In this document: one piece after another, positions 38,367 through 48,296 of the stretch
Layout of the letters: every line of letters starts with the position of its first letter
How positions within the stretch are numbered: the first letter of the stretch is position 1
Source: Gemmatimonadota bacterium
GTDB lineage: Bacteria; Gemmatimonadota; Gemmatimonadetes; Gemmatimonadales; GWC2-71-9
Direction: 5' to 3'
DNA length: 64,000 nt
Assembly (NCBI GenBank): GCA_036679605.1
Contig: JAZDCZ010000324.1
Coordinates: forward strand, 101,375 to 165,374
Made by a program: the position numbers and the translations under genes
The notes under the pieces: model-generated
What the model was told of the DNA's origin: nothing
The model's input: the letters and a program-made list of their open reading frames with translations, nothing else
Database searches by the model: none

Positions 38367-40174
38367 AGCGGTTGATACTCGCAGCCCTGGTTATGACCAT
38401 GGCGGCGCCCCGAGCCCTTGCGGGGCCTAGCGAGGTTACTGGTCCCGGAGAAGTGACTGCGGTTAGCGTGTTGCCGGGTCCCGGGCGCGCACAGGTGATT
38501 ATCGACGTCACGGGAACTGTGAGCGTTCAAGATTTCACGCTAGACAACCCATCGCGCCTAGTGGTGGATATCACCTCAGCGACGCTGAGGGCACCCGGTA
38601 CACAATATGATGGCAGGAACCGTGGTGGGATTCTGGATATTCGGTACTCCCAACTCCGGCCTGATGTGGTACGGGTGGTTATCAATCTGGAGTCGCTCAA
38701 GGACTACCAGATTGAGCATTCCGATGATGCCATTCGCATCACGTTCGGATCCGACCAGAGCTTCGGGGCGTGGTCTACTGCATCGTTTGAGGGGCGTGCA
38801 TCTCCGGTGGAACTCGCTGAGGCGCAGCCGGAAACCCGTACCATGTTTGCGCCGGTATCAAGCGGGATGCCACAGTCGCAGCAGCCAAGGGTGACCGTGA
38901 CCTATGACCAGGCAAATCTTCATGACGTGGCGAACGCATTTGCCGAATTCAGCGGCAAGTCGATCATAATTGGTCAGAATATTGACGCTACTATCACTGC
39001 CACAATCAAGAATCAACCATGGGATGTGGCATTCCAAATCATCCTCGAGTCCCACGGCCTCACGGCGACTGAAGATCCTCCCGGAATCCTCCGCGTTGAC
39101 AGCCGTGCAACTTTAGCCGCCCGCGACTCCACAGAGCGGCTGATGACCGTGGTTAAGTCGGTGAACTATGCCAGAGCTACGGCACTGGCCGTTTCGTTGG
39201 CCTCGCTGGTGTCCAGTCGCGGTAAGATTGTTGCGGATACCGGAACGAACAGCCTGATAATCACTGATGTAGAGAGTCGTATCGAAGCTGATACGATCCT
39301 CGTGAACCAGCTCGACGTGCGAACACCCCAAGTGTCGATCCAAGCAAAGCTCATTTTCGTCGATCGTACTGATATCGAAGATTTGGGGATCAAGTATGAT
39401 CTAGGGACGTCCGACCAGTTCTTTAATAGGCTGGTTCAACGGCCCGACCCGGCCACAACGGAGGCAGTCGACACCGATGGCGACGGAGTGCCGGATGCGG
39501 TGCGAGCCACGGGTTCGTTCGGTCGGGATGTCAATGTCGTCGATTTGGGTGGCAATGCTTTGGCCGGTATAGCAAACGCCAATGCTGAGGTCGCCTCCCC
39601 GGCACTGCAACTGATATTCTCAACCGCTATAGGAAGCTTCAACCTGACCTCGTTCGTCGACGCCCTTCAGAGAGTAGAACTCGCCGATCTGCAGGCCGAA
39701 CCGCTCACGACTACAGCGGATAATACGGAAGCGTACATATTGGTTGGTGAAAGAACGCCGATCCGACAAATAGATGCGAGTTCAGTAGCTGGTGCGGGTA
39801 CTGGAGCACCAAGGGCGGTGACGGAGATCGTCCCGACGGGTCTCCAACTGAAAGTAACACCGCACGTTACCAACAACCGTCAAGTTCTGATGCAGGTTTT
39901 TGTTGAGAACTCCTCGATACGTGCTGCGCCGGCAGATGTTGGATTTACCTTCCAAACTCAGGAAGTTAGCGCCCAGATTCTCGTAGACGATGGAGAGACA
40001 GCCGTCATCGGTGGACTTACTGTGACAGAGATCACGGTGGCAAAGAGCGGTATCCCATTTCTTGTAGACCTGCCCGTGGTGGGGGGTCTGTTCGGGTTTA
40101 CGACTCGGCGTGAACAGCGGCGCGATCTATTGATACTTGTAACGCCGCACGTGTTGGATCAGCCTGGCCAGTAG
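38363..40174 (+). CDS. pilQ: Type IV pilus secretin PilQ
   Basis: AMIN domain (NPSRLVVD), PWD, LDVRTPQV, LKVTPHV, GETAVIGG, IPFLVDLPVVGGLF. Confidence 0.93.
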   Translation: MKRLILAALVMTMAAPRALAGPSEVTGPGEVTAVSVLPGPGRAQVIIDVTGTVSVQDFTLDNPSRLVVDITSATLRAPGTQYDGRNRGGILDIRYSQLRPDVVRVVINLESLKDYQIEHSDDAIRITFGSDQSFGAWSTASFEGRASPVELAEAQPETRTMFAPVSSGMPQSQQPRVTVTYDQANLHDVANAFAEFSGKSIIIGQNIDATITATIKNQPWDVAFQIILESHGLTATEDPPGILRVDSRATLAARDSTERLMTVVKSVNYARATALAVSLASLVSSRGKIVADTGTNSLIITDVESRIEADTILVNQLDVRTPQVSIQAKLIFVDRTDIEDLGIKYDLGTSDQFFNRLVQRPDPATTEAVDTDGDGVPDAVRATGSFGRDVNVVDLGGNALAGIANANAEVASPALQLIFSTAIGSFNLTSFVDALQRVELADLQAEPLTTTADNTEAYILVGERTPIRQIDASSVAGAGTGAPRAVTEIVPTGLQLKVTPHVTNNRQVLMQVFVENSSIRAAPADVGFTFQTQEVSAQILVDDGETAVIGGLTVTEITVAKSGIPFLVDLPVVGGLFGFTTRREQRRDLLILVTPHVLDQPGQ

Positions 40175-40200
40175 GCGTGGGAGCTAACGAGAGGGAGACC

Positions 40201-42654
40201 GTGCGAACTCGATTACTCTGCGGAGTCGCGGCTAGCGCGTTGACGCTGGCCACAATTGGATGTGAAGAACAGCAGTTCCAGCCGGGCTTTGAAAGCGATC
40301 AGTTTAGTCCGTCTATTTCAATCCAGAAAACTGCGGGCGATACTCTGACTCTGGCTGGCGGAATTCGCTTCGGAATCACCGCCACCGACAATCTCGGCAT
40401 CAAGAACATAAACATTCTGCTGAGCGGCGGTCACAGCGCCCAGATCGACACCGTCTTTACAACGGCCATTACGTCCGTTTCGTTCGACGTAACGATCTCG
40501 CTTTCCTCGACTTCCACTTCTGGCGGCAACATCGTCATACAGGCTACGGTAACGGACGGCAGCGATCTGACGGCTACCACACAGGATTCCGTTTTCCTCG
40601 TGAACGACGACGCTCTGTTGGTTCAATTGCTCAAGCCCAATGTCGGTGCCATTGCATCGCCCGGATTGCAGATCCCGGTTGAGGTCTTGGCGATTCAACG
40701 AGACGGCATAACCCAGGCCGGTTACGTGGTGACTGGCGTTGTAACGGACAGTGTATCGATCTTGCGTGGCTCACCGTTGCCTGACACCGTTGACTTCCTC
40801 GACACACTTGCGGTTCCCTCGGGCGCCTCTAACGGAACATTCGACATCGTTGCATTTGCGACCGATTCGAGCGGCAGAACAGCATTGGCCACGCCCCTTA
40901 CGGTCACAGTCCAGTCGGTTGGCAACGACAATCAGGCGCCGCTGGTAGATTTCCAGATCGCGCGCCGCGTTGAGGTAAGCGACTCGATAACAGTACAAGC
41001 GACTGACCCGAGCGGGGTAAACCAGATCGCGTATACTGCCACGTTGCTGGACGGCACTCCCGTGAAGAGCGGTACCATGAGTTTCAGCGGACTCACCGAT
41101 GTGAGCCAGACCTTCCCGCTAGACCTCGTCTTCGCAAGCCTACCGCAGACCCTGCTCGTTGGTGCCACAGCGACTGATGCAGCCGGTAACACAGGATCCG
41201 CCACAATAGGTGGAGCGGTGGGTGGTCCGACGAGAATCGACACTGTGACAGTCGTCAATGGTGTCACGAAGCCGCTCCCTGCCGGGGGCCGAATTGTCGA
41301 CGGGATCTATAGCCGCAACCTGAACGAGATTTATTTGACGAACGTTGATCTCGATCGGCTGGAGATCTTCCAGGTAGCCGACACATCGTTTGTAACCGGT
41401 GGCATTCCGGTGGGTTCCAGGCCGTGGGGTATCGCGCTGTGGCCGGGCAATGCAAGCGGTGCTGCCGGCGACACTGTAGTGATAGCGAACTCGGGCGGCA
41501 CCGATCTATCGATCGTCGACCTTAGGTTGCGCCGGGAAGTTCGGCGTCACTCACTACCCAACTTTCTAGTGGACCAAGTTACCACCGAGCTAGACGTTCA
41601 AACATCGATCATTCAGATAAAGTTTACTAGAAACGACTTTTCTGATCGACCCCAGTTCCTTGGCATGACATGCCGACCTGGAGTAGGGGCCTGCGCCGCC
41701 GATCAGATCCTTGCGGTCTATTCGACCACGCCTACAATAGGCCAGGGCGGCCTGTCGCTGCGCGGTTCGGTTCGGTGGGAGAACTTGACCTCCGCAACGC
41801 CATCGGGCCATTTCTTCTGGGAGCATGCCGAGGTATTGCCGTCGCCCGACTTCGACACACTCCGGGTGATTTCCGATCGTGGTCCCGCTGCGATTCCAGA
41901 TACGCTCCTGGCGGCTGCATGTGGGCGTCTTGTGGACATCGATAGACTGGTGTTCCGCGATACGACGTTCATTCGGAACTCAGGTGACTTTACCCATGCC
42001 CTGATCGGTGAGGGGGGGCTCGTAGGCGGCGAGACGTTTGCGCAGGCGATTGGCTACAACTCGCAAGCAGGCCTGACGACCGGAGTTTGTACCGGCAGTA
42101 TCGTTCTTCCCAGCACCACGATCTCTCTAAGTGGGTCGTTCGAAGAAGACAATGGAGTTACACCGAGCTTCCGGGTACGCGACTTCATCAGTAATACCGC
42201 AACGGCGGTTACGGCGATAGCGGTCAACTTCAACGGGTTGACGAATATGGTCCGTACAACGGACTCCGTGTACGTGCTGAATGAATCCCTACGGTTGAAG
42301 GGTCTCATCTCGCAGAGCGGTATCAATCCGGGCATGGACCTGAACTTTGATCACGCGTTCGAGGCCGGAGTTGGGGGAACCGCGGGCACGTTCGGCGGCA
42401 CGCTCGACCCCAACGACCGCTTTGTTTTCTTGGCGAGCGAAGCTCCGCAGATCGACGTGTTCGACACGTTCTTCTTCGGGAAAGTAGCGACGATTCCGAT
42501 CAGAGACCCAATTATTGGTCCGCTGCGAGTCGCCAAACTGCCCACCAACGAGCAGATCCTGGTTGGCGTGACGGCAAGGGGGGTGGTAACGGTCCGGCTG
42601 CCCAGCATCTCAAATACGTTCCCCGTCTCCGGATTTGGCGGATCGCAGCCGTAG
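40201..42654 (+). CDS. Large putative lipoprotein with Ig-like repeats and a beta-propeller-like C-terminal half
   Basis: Signal peptide ending LATIG|C; recurring ATD..G motifs; IPVGSRPWGIA...ANSGGTDLSIVDL (YVTN-like). GTG 40201 follows GGGAG; the track start is 40177. Confidence 0.65.
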   Translation: MRTRLLCGVAASALTLATIGCEEQQFQPGFESDQFSPSISIQKTAGDTLTLAGGIRFGITATDNLGIKNINILLSGGHSAQIDTVFTTAITSVSFDVTISLSSTSTSGGNIVIQATVTDGSDLTATTQDSVFLVNDDALLVQLLKPNVGAIASPGLQIPVEVLAIQRDGITQAGYVVTGVVTDSVSILRGSPLPDTVDFLDTLAVPSGASNGTFDIVAFATDSSGRTALATPLTVTVQSVGNDNQAPLVDFQIARRVEVSDSITVQATDPSGVNQIAYTATLLDGTPVKSGTMSFSGLTDVSQTFPLDLVFASLPQTLLVGATATDAAGNTGSATIGGAVGGPTRIDTVTVVNGVTKPLPAGGRIVDGIYSRNLNEIYLTNVDLDRLEIFQVADTSFVTGGIPVGSRPWGIALWPGNASGAAGDTVVIANSGGTDLSIVDLRLRREVRRHSLPNFLVDQVTTELDVQTSIIQIKFTRNDFSDRPQFLGMTCRPGVGACAADQILAVYSTTPTIGQGGLSLRGSVRWENLTSATPSGHFFWEHAEVLPSPDFDTLRVISDRGPAAIPDTLLAAACGRLVDIDRLVFRDTTFIRNSGDFTHALIGEGGLVGGETFAQAIGYNSQAGLTTGVCTGSIVLPSTTISLSGSFEEDNGVTPSFRVRDFISNTATAVTAIAVNFNGLTNMVRTTDSVYVLNESLRLKGLISQSGINPGMDLNFDHAFEAGVGGTAGTFGGTLDPNDRFVFLASEAPQIDVFDTFFFGKVATIPIRDPIIGPLRVAKLPTNEQILVGVTARGVVTVRLPSISNTFPVSGFGGSQP

Positions 42655-42697
42655 ATCTGTGGAAGATGGTGGTTTGTCCACCTGATTCTGTTGAGAC

Positions 42698-42730
42698 AAC
42701 AAGCCCGGATTGATCCGGGCTTGTTTGTTT
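42698..42730 (+). terminator. Intrinsic terminator ending the pilM-Q-lipoprotein unit
   Basis: AACAAGCCCGGAT-TG-ATCCGGGCTTGTT followed by TGTTT. Confidence 0.85.
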
Positions 42731-42791
42731 ATGAGGAGCGCCTCGCAAAGGATCCTGGACCCATCTGCGCTGTAGCGCTAGAGTAGTATGT

Positions 42792-43997
42792 ATGATCAAA
42801 TTCACAACTGCTGGTGAATCACATGGGAAGGCGCTGGTCGCGATTCTGGAAGGGATTCCTGCGGGACTACAGCTAGTTGCTGATGACATCGATCATCAGC
42901 TCCGACGGCGGATGGCCGGGTACGGTCGGGGGGCGAGAATGAAGATCGAGTCCGATGCGGTCGAGTTCATCTCGGGCGTGCGTGCGGGCGAGACGCTGGG
43001 ATCCCCAATCGCTCTTCTAATTCGCAACAAAGATTGGGATAACTGGATTGACGTGATGGCTGCGGAACCCGACCGCGATCAGTCTGCCAGACGCCGCCGC
43101 CGGGTTTCGAGACCGCGGCCCGGACACGCTGATTTGGCGGGAGTCCTAAAATACCGGCGTACTGACGCACGTGACATTCTCGAACGCGCGAGCGCGCGGG
43201 AAACTGCGGCACGGGTTGCGTGCGGAGCGGTTTGCCGTCGACTTCTGAAGGAGTTCGGAGTCGAGGTAGGAAGTCACGTGGTCGAGATGGGATCCGTGAA
43301 GGCGCCACCGTTGCCGGTACTCCCGACACCGCTCAACGAAACGGCTGACGAATCACCAGTCAGGTGTCTTGATCCAGGCGCTAGCGAGGCGATGGTGGCA
43401 GCAATAGACCAGGCCATGAAGGAGCGAGATACATTAGGAGGTGTGGTCGAAGTCATAGTTCGTGATTCGGTCGTGGGTTTGGGTTCGCATGTCTCATGGG
43501 ATCGCAAACTGGACGGACGTCTCGCTGGTGCGATCATGTCGATTCCCGCGGTCAAAGCAATCGAGATTGGAATGGGGTTTGATTCAGCCCGCAATCGAGG
43601 TTCGGTTGTGCACGATGAGATCAAGCGCAGCGAGCGAGCGCGAACGGGAGGTGTAAGCAGAACCACGAATCGGGCCGGCGGGTTGGAGGGCGGGATGACG
43701 ACGGGTGAACCGCTGATCCTGAGGGTGGCAATGAAGCCCATATCTACTTTGCGTCGGCCGCTCGACACAGTGAACATCGAGACAGGAATGGGTGCCAAGG
43801 CCCAGTCGGAGCGCTCGGACGTGACAGCTGTGCCGGCGATGGGCGTCATAGCCGAAGCGATGGCCTCGCTGGTATTGAGCGACGCCATGTCGGAAAAATT
43901 CGGTGGTGACTCGCTGGACGAGATGCGCAGTAACTACGAGTGCTATGTTGAACATCTGGAGAGTCGCTGGCGGAGCCGGGAGGAAGAGCACGAGTGA
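42792..43997 (+). CDS. aroC: Chorismate synthase
   Basis: TAGESHG, RPGHAD, ERASARETA, NRAGGLEGG, MKPIST, RSD. Confidence 0.97.
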   Translation: MIKFTTAGESHGKALVAILEGIPAGLQLVADDIDHQLRRRMAGYGRGARMKIESDAVEFISGVRAGETLGSPIALLIRNKDWDNWIDVMAAEPDRDQSARRRRRVSRPRPGHADLAGVLKYRRTDARDILERASARETAARVACGAVCRRLLKEFGVEVGSHVVEMGSVKAPPLPVLPTPLNETADESPVRCLDPGASEAMVAAIDQAMKERDTLGGVVEVIVRDSVVGLGSHVSWDRKLDGRLAGAIMSIPAVKAIEIGMGFDSARNRGSVVHDEIKRSERARTGGVSRTTNRAGGLEGGMTTGEPLILRVAMKPISTLRRPLDTVNIETGMGAKAQSERSDVTAVPAMGVIAEAMASLVLSDAMSEKFGGDSLDEMRSNYECYVEHLESRWRSREEEHE

Positions 43998-44506
43998 AGT
44001 GTCACGTAGTACTCGTGGGCCTGCCGGGGTCCGGAAAGTCGAGTGTAGGCCGGCTGGTAGCGCAAAAAACGGGAGCCGATTGGTTTGACGTCGATCGCAT
44101 TATCGAGCGTCGAGTGGGCCGCCGAATTGCGGAAATTTTCGACTCTCTAGGCGAGCCAGAGTTCCGCGCTATTGAGCGGGAGGAAACTAACCGGATTCTG
44201 TCCGGTGACCCTTCGATAATCGTTCCCGGTGGGGGATGGGCCGCACAAGCGGGAAACCTGGCCGGTATTGGCTGCAAAGCATTGACAGTCTACTTAAAGA
44301 CAACCCCGGAGACCTCGGCCGAAAGGCTGGAGGGTGACGACACGCGGCCCTTGCTGGTGGGTCACGATCCCACGAACCGTCTAAGAGAACTACTGGCCGA
44401 ACGCGAGTCGTTCTATTCGCAGTGCGATCACTGGATCTCGACCGAAGGCAAGAGTGTTGTCACGGTAGCCGATGAAGTGGTTGCGCTTGCGCTCAGTGAG
44501 GGTTAG
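43994..44506 (+). CDS. aroK: Shikimate kinase
   Basis: GLPGSGKS, GEPEFRAIE, GGG, RPLL. Confidence 0.92.
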   Translation: MKCHVVLVGLPGSGKSSVGRLVAQKTGADWFDVDRIIERRVGRRIAEIFDSLGEPEFRAIEREETNRILSGDPSIIVPGGGWAAQAGNLAGIGCKALTVYLKTTPETSAERLEGDDTRPLLVGHDPTNRLRELLAERESFYSQCDHWISTEGKSVVTVADEVVALALSEG

Positions 44507-44724
44507 CGATAGATATGCTCCCGCCCGAGTAAGCTGCTGGAAACCGAGTGTAGTAGTTAAGTGGTTATAAATAATGAAGTTAGCTGATAGGCCTAGGCGG
44601 GCGACTTTTCCGTCTGGGCCTTTCGGGCACTTCTACACCAGCGTTGTTGATAGTGGGTTGATGGAGCAGTGTTATAAGGGGTCTGGCAAGTGTTATAGAG
44701 GGCATCGTAGTTAATTGGAGAGCA

Positions 44725-46986
44725 ATGGCAGCGAAAAAAAATGCCTTGGTGATAGTCGAATCACCGACAAAGGCTAAGACGATCGGTAAATACCTCGGCA
44801 AGGGGTACGCTGTTAAGGCCACAGTCGGCCACCTTCGGGATCTGCCTCAGCGAGAGTTGGGGGTTGAGATCGATAAGGGGTTCCGTCCCAAGTACGTCAC
44901 GATACGTGGGAAGGGTAAGACTCTGGCCGATCTGAAGCGTTCGGCTAAGAGTGCGTCGGCTGTGTACCTGGCGACTGACCCCGACCGGGAGGGCGAGGCG
45001 ATAGCCTGGCACGTGGCCGAGCAACTGGGTGACTCTGGATCTATTCAGCGTGTGTTGTTTCACGAGATCACCCGTGATGCGGTTGCGAAGGCGATGGATA
45101 GTCCTCAACCGATTGATGGACGGAAGGTCGAGGCACAACAAGCTCGTCGCATTCTCGACCGCCTAGTAGGCTACAAGGCAAGTCCTCTGCTCTGGAAGTC
45201 AGTCAAGGCCGGCCTGTCGGCAGGACGGGTACAGACCGTCGCACTCCGAATGATTGTTGAGCGGGAAAGGGAGATCCGTCAATTCAAGCCGGTAGAGTAT
45301 TGGTCGATCGAGGCTGAGTTGGAGGCCGCAGAAAAGCGCTTCATCGCGAAACTACACAAACTGGACGGCCGCAAACCAGATATTAAGTCGGCGAAAGCAG
45401 CTACAGAAATTGTTTCGGCGGTTCAGGGCAACAAGTTCGTCGTATCAGATGTAAGTAAGAAGCAGCGAAAGAAGCGTCCTGCTCCTCCCTTCATCACGAG
45501 TACTCTGCAACAGGAGGCGGCGAAGCGATTGGGATTCTCTGCAAAGCGTACGATGGTGTGTGCTCAGCAACTCTACGAGGGTGTAGAGTTGGGAGCCGAG
45601 GGGGCGGTGGGTCTAATAACCTATATGAGGACCGACTCGGTTCGGGTTGCAGCGAGTGCAATAGATCAGGTGCGCGCGTTCATCACCGAGAAGTACACTA
45701 AGCCATATCTTCCAGCCAAACCCAACACCTACACGACGAAGAAATCTGCTCGGGCCCAGGACGCGCATGAAGCGATAAGGCCTACTGAGGTGACCCACAT
45801 TCCCGAACAGGTCCGCAAGTATCTCACACCGGATCAGAATAAGCTGTATCGATTGATTTGGCGCAGATTCGTTGCGTCGCAGATGACACCCGCGGTATAC
45901 GACACCACTACGCTTGATTTCAAGATCGGCCGCCACCTCTTCCGTTCTACAGGGTCCGTCCCGGTGTTCGACGGATTCCACGCAGTGTATGCGGAGGCAA
46001 AGGAGGTTGAGGAGGGAAAGACCTTTGAGGACCTTGCTCCGCTGCCGCTCCTCGAGAAGGGAGATGAGGCCACTGTTATGGAGGTCGTGCCGAAGCAGCA
46101 TTTTACCGAACCTCCTCCGCGCTTCAGCGAAGCTAGTCTCGTCAAAGAACTAGAGGCCCTCGGCATCGGACGCCCCAGTACGTACAGTAGCATTATCTCC
46201 ACGCTTCGAGATCGCGTTTACGTCCGCATTACCAACAAGCGATTCCAGCCGACTGATCTGGGCGAGACCGTCACACGTGTACTGATCAGTCGGTTTCCGG
46301 ACATCTTCAATGTCGAGTTTACATCTGCGATGGAGACTGAACTGGACAAGGTGGAGGAGGGCGAATTAAAGTGGGACGAAGTCCTGGAGAGGTTTTATGG
46401 TCCTTTCGCCGAAGCTCTCAAGAATGTCGATACGGAGGCGATGATTCGAGAGGCGTTCGATGTCGAGGATCTCGAGAAGGAGCCGTGTCCGGACTGTGGC
46501 GGCAAGCTATCGGTTAAGAGCGGTCGGTTCGGTCCCTTCATAGCCTGCACCAATTATCCGGACTGCAAGCACACGAAGCCGCTCAAGCAGGACAAAGTAC
46601 CGGATCGTCCGACCGATGAAGTGTGCAATGAGTGCAGTGCGCCGATGGTTATCAAGACAGGCAGGTATGGTGAGTTTCTTGCTTGTACCAAGTATCCCAA
46701 ATGCAAGCACACTCGCCCGATCCCACTTGGCGTCAAGTGCCCTAAGTGCCGCGCGGGTGAGCTTACTGAGAGACGGACGCGCAAGGGCAGGTCGTTTTTC
46801 GGTTGCATGCGGTACCCGAAATGTGATTTTTCCACCTGGTATCGACCCGTTCCTGACGTTTGTTCCTCGTGCGGATACGTCGGTGCGGAAAAGCGATCGA
46901 CCAAAGCACGAGGCGAATTTCGCAAGTGCCTCGATTGCGAGCACGAATTCATTCCAGAGGAGATCGAGAGCCCGACTCCAAAGTGA
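44725..46986 (+). CDS. topA: DNA topoisomerase I with C-terminal zinc ribbons
   Basis: IVESPTKA, ATDPDREGE, SAGRVQ, catalytic ITYMRTDS, GIGRPSTY, repeated CxxC ribbons. Confidence 0.97.
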   Translation: MAAKKNALVIVESPTKAKTIGKYLGKGYAVKATVGHLRDLPQRELGVEIDKGFRPKYVTIRGKGKTLADLKRSAKSASAVYLATDPDREGEAIAWHVAEQLGDSGSIQRVLFHEITRDAVAKAMDSPQPIDGRKVEAQQARRILDRLVGYKASPLLWKSVKAGLSAGRVQTVALRMIVEREREIRQFKPVEYWSIEAELEAAEKRFIAKLHKLDGRKPDIKSAKAATEIVSAVQGNKFVVSDVSKKQRKKRPAPPFITSTLQQEAAKRLGFSAKRTMVCAQQLYEGVELGAEGAVGLITYMRTDSVRVAASAIDQVRAFITEKYTKPYLPAKPNTYTTKKSARAQDAHEAIRPTEVTHIPEQVRKYLTPDQNKLYRLIWRRFVASQMTPAVYDTTTLDFKIGRHLFRSTGSVPVFDGFHAVYAEAKEVEEGKTFEDLAPLPLLEKGDEATVMEVVPKQHFTEPPPRFSEASLVKELEALGIGRPSTYSSIISTLRDRVYVRITNKRFQPTDLGETVTRVLISRFPDIFNVEFTSAMETELDKVEEGELKWDEVLERFYGPFAEALKNVDTEAMIREAFDVEDLEKEPCPDCGGKLSVKSGRFGPFIACTNYPDCKHTKPLKQDKVPDRPTDEVCNECSAPMVIKTGRYGEFLACTKYPKCKHTRPIPLGVKCPKCRAGELTERRTRKGRSFFGCMRYPKCDFSTWYRPVPDVCSSCGYVGAEKRSTKARGEFRKCLDCEHEFIPEEIESPTPK

Positions 46987-48296
46987 ACGCAACTGTGGTC
47001 GGTGGTGGGCTGGCAGGTTGTGAGGCCGCCTGGGCGCTTGCAGAGCGGGGAGTGCGTGTAACACTGAAGGAAATGCGCCCGGTAATGGAGACGGCAGCGC
47101 ACAAGACCGATCGCCTGGCTGAGATCGTCTGCAGCAACACCTTCAAATCGATGGAAGTAGTAAATGCGCACGGCCTGCTGAAGGCGGAATTGCGGATTCT
47201 CGGTAGTTTGCTTCTGAACGTGGCGGACACGGTGCGCATCCCGGGTGGCACAGCGTTGACAGTAGATCGAGATGAGTTTAGCCGAGAAGTCACACGCCGG
47301 ATTGAACATCATCAAAACATAGATGTGTGCCGTACTCACTTAGTTGATCTTCCCACGCCGGCGGTTGTAGCGACTGGCCCGCTAACGTCTAGCGACCTTG
47401 CCGCGAAAATCCAAGAACGCCTAGGGCAGGACTCCCTCGCGTTTTATGATGCGATTGCTCCGATAATCAGTGCTGATTCCATCGATCACTCTCAGCTTTA
47501 CCGTCTATCGCGTTATGGCAAGGGTGATGGAGACGATTACTTGAATGTCCCGCTGAACTCGGAGCAATACTACGAGTTGGTCGATGAGCTGATCAAGGGT
47601 GATCAGTACCATGGGCATGACTTTGATGATGTAGTCTATTTCGAAGGATGTCTTCCAGTCGAGGAGATGGCCGCTAGGGGGAGAGAGACACTTCGGTTTG
47701 GCCCGATGAAACCGGTTGGTCTGCCGGATCCTCGAACCGGACGAGAGCCGTACGCTGTAGTACAGCTCCGGCAGGAGGATAGAGCCGGTCAGATGTGGAA
47801 CTTGGTTGGTTTTCAAACGAGACTGAAGATTCCCGAGCAGATGAGAATCCTCAAGCGATTGCCAGGTCTGGCAAGCGCTGACTTCTTGCGCTACGGAAGC
47901 ATACATCGAAACACCTATCTCAACACGCCGGCTGCCTTGACGCCACACCTTTCCGCGAAGGACGATGATTGTCTCATCTTCGCCGGCCAGTTGGTGGGGG
48001 TGGAGGGCTATACGGAGTCGCTTGCCACAGGGCTGCTCGCAGGACTGAATTTGACGCGGTTGCTGGAGGGTACGCCACCTGTCATCCCACCGCCGGAAAC
48101 CATGCTGGGTGGTTTGATGCGGTATGTCAGAGAGGCAGATGCGAGCCGTTTTCAGCCGATGAATGCCAACTTCGGACTCTTGCCATCCCTCGATAAACGC
48201 GTGCGTGACAAGCGCCGTAGGAAGGAGTTGTTGGCTGAGCGAGCGTTAGCGGCGATGAAGCTGTTTAACCAGCAATTGGCGCCTGTCTCTGTATGA
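46983..48296 (+). CDS. trmFO: tRNA (uracil-5)-methyltransferase TrmFO
   Basis: GGGLAGCEAAW, AEIVCSN, YFEGCLP, FGPMKPVGL, GVEGY, FQPMNANFG. GTG 46983 overlaps the topA stop. Confidence 0.95.
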   Translation: MNATVVGGGLAGCEAAWALAERGVRVTLKEMRPVMETAAHKTDRLAEIVCSNTFKSMEVVNAHGLLKAELRILGSLLLNVADTVRIPGGTALTVDRDEFSREVTRRIEHHQNIDVCRTHLVDLPTPAVVATGPLTSSDLAAKIQERLGQDSLAFYDAIAPIISADSIDHSQLYRLSRYGKGDGDDYLNVPLNSEQYYELVDELIKGDQYHGHDFDDVVYFEGCLPVEEMAARGRETLRFGPMKPVGLPDPRTGREPYAVVQLRQEDRAGQMWNLVGFQTRLKIPEQMRILKRLPGLASADFLRYGSIHRNTYLNTPAALTPHLSAKDDDCLIFAGQLVGVEGYTESLATGLLAGLNLTRLLEGTPPVIPPPETMLGGLMRYVREADASRFQPMNANFGLLPSLDKRVRDKRRRKELLAERALAAMKLFNQQLAPVSV

